From: Bacteroidales bacterium
Lineage (GTDB): Bacteria > Bacteroidota > Bacteroidia > Bacteroidales > UBA7960
Reading direction: 5' to 3'
Assembly (NCBI GenBank): GCA_041687035.1
Contig: JAWLCS010000004.1
Span: 34,077 to 98,076 of the forward strand
DNA: 64,000 nt
In this document: positions 63,651 through 64,000 of the stretch, in pieces
Layout: each line of letters starts with the position of its first letter
Numbering within the stretch: the stretch's first letter is position 1
Made by a program: the position numbers and the translations under genes
The notes under the pieces: model-generated
What the model was told of the DNA's origin: nothing
What the model saw: only the letters and a program-made list of their open reading frames with translations
Databases searched by the model: none

Positions 63651-64000
63651 TTACAGACCCAGCACGTCTTTGCCCTGCTTGAACACGATATCGACTGGTA
63701 TACCGGCGGCATTGACCATTTCGAGGTCCTGACGCAACTGTTCGGTCATTATTCCGTCGGCATCGACCCAGCGTTTGGCTTCCTCGTAGTTGCCATCGCC
63801 CTGCACCAGCAGAATATCAGCCAGCAGTGAGTAAACGGCATCGCGCATGAGTTCAAAGTTAACGAGGTAGGTGCCGTTATCTTGATAAACGAAAGCTTCG
63901 CGGTCGGCAAAGTATTTCAGTGTAAGCATATTGGCCCTTCCGTGGGCGCTGCTGGCGCCAAAACGGCTCGAGCGGAAGATGCCTGCAAAGAAGGTCACGT
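63651..64000 (-). CDS. C-terminal fragment of a DPP III (M49)-like zinc hydrolase; the 5' part lies beyond the right window edge
   Basis: The open frame runs off the window. The C-terminus reads ...LKYFADREAFVYQDNGTYLVNFELMRDAVYSLLADILLVQGDGNYEEAKRWVD.... Its resemblance to M49-family C-termini is from memory only. Confidence 0.4.
   Translation of the reverse strand, partial: VTFFAGIFRSSRFGASSAHGRANMLTLKYFADREAFVYQDNGTYLVNFELMRDAVYSLLADILLVQGDGNYEEAKRWVDADGIMTEQLRQDLEMVNAAGIPVDIVFKQGKDVLGL

Noticed and set aside
1-64000. Searched by eye for CRISPR arrays, IS or transposase, integrase or phage genes, tRNA/rRNA, toxin-antitoxin pairs and defence-system hallmarks (reverse transcriptases, large ATPase/nuclease pairs)
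   Set aside because: None was found. Every intergenic gap is 319 bp or shorter and is explained by promoters, terminators or the short hairpins listed. All large ORFs have housekeeping or envelope-type signatures. The window appears to be core genome and not an accessory island.

Overview
This 64 kb window looks like core chromosome from a member of the Bacteroidota. Supporting signs are a complete Bacteroidota-style dcw cluster (mraZ-rsmH-ftsL-like-ftsI-murE-mraY-murD-ftsW-murG-murC-ftsQ-ftsA-ftsZ, with no murF or ddl), a GldB-like lipoprotein, TAnnTTTG-type promoter boxes and many lipoprotein or signal-peptide N-termini. About 62 protein-coding genes are packed tightly, and most are recognisable housekeeping functions. 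These include cell-wall and division genes, pssA, purS, kdsB, trmB, nadE, ispE, argS, pyrBI, gpsA, Fe-S carrier proteins and a peroxiredoxin. There is also a marked set of peptide-degrading and peptide-uptake genes: DPP-IV, an S9 peptidase, a C69 dipeptidase, an M28-PDZ peptidase, an M49-like fragment and AbgT. I found no rRNA, tRNA, CRISPR array, transposase, integrase, phage gene or obvious defence system. In my judgement this is an ordinary core region and I see no convincing evidence for a spectacular new system. The observations most worth a second look are: (1) a translationally coupled five-gene envelope operon (4834..8618, minus strand) built around an extended YidD-like protein and two paralogous helical-repeat/TM2-like membrane proteins; (2) a recurrent GNRA-loop hairpin motif TTCCCC-GNAA-GGGAAA; (3) two related palindromic intergenic elements with a compensatory base change; (4) three perfect GTGGTAAAAA direct repeats upstream of mraZ, a probable MraZ operator; (5) a P-loop gene of the COG2403/cyclic-2,3-diphosphoglycerate-synthetase-like family upstream of pyrBI, separated from it by a terminator or attenuator hairpin; (6) a hyper-charged secreted protein paired with a small coiled-coil lipoprotein; (7) a 54-bp x5 in-frame tandem repeat in the N-terminus of an RluB-like pseudouridine synthase. 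All functional calls rest on motif recognition by eye. No database search was run.
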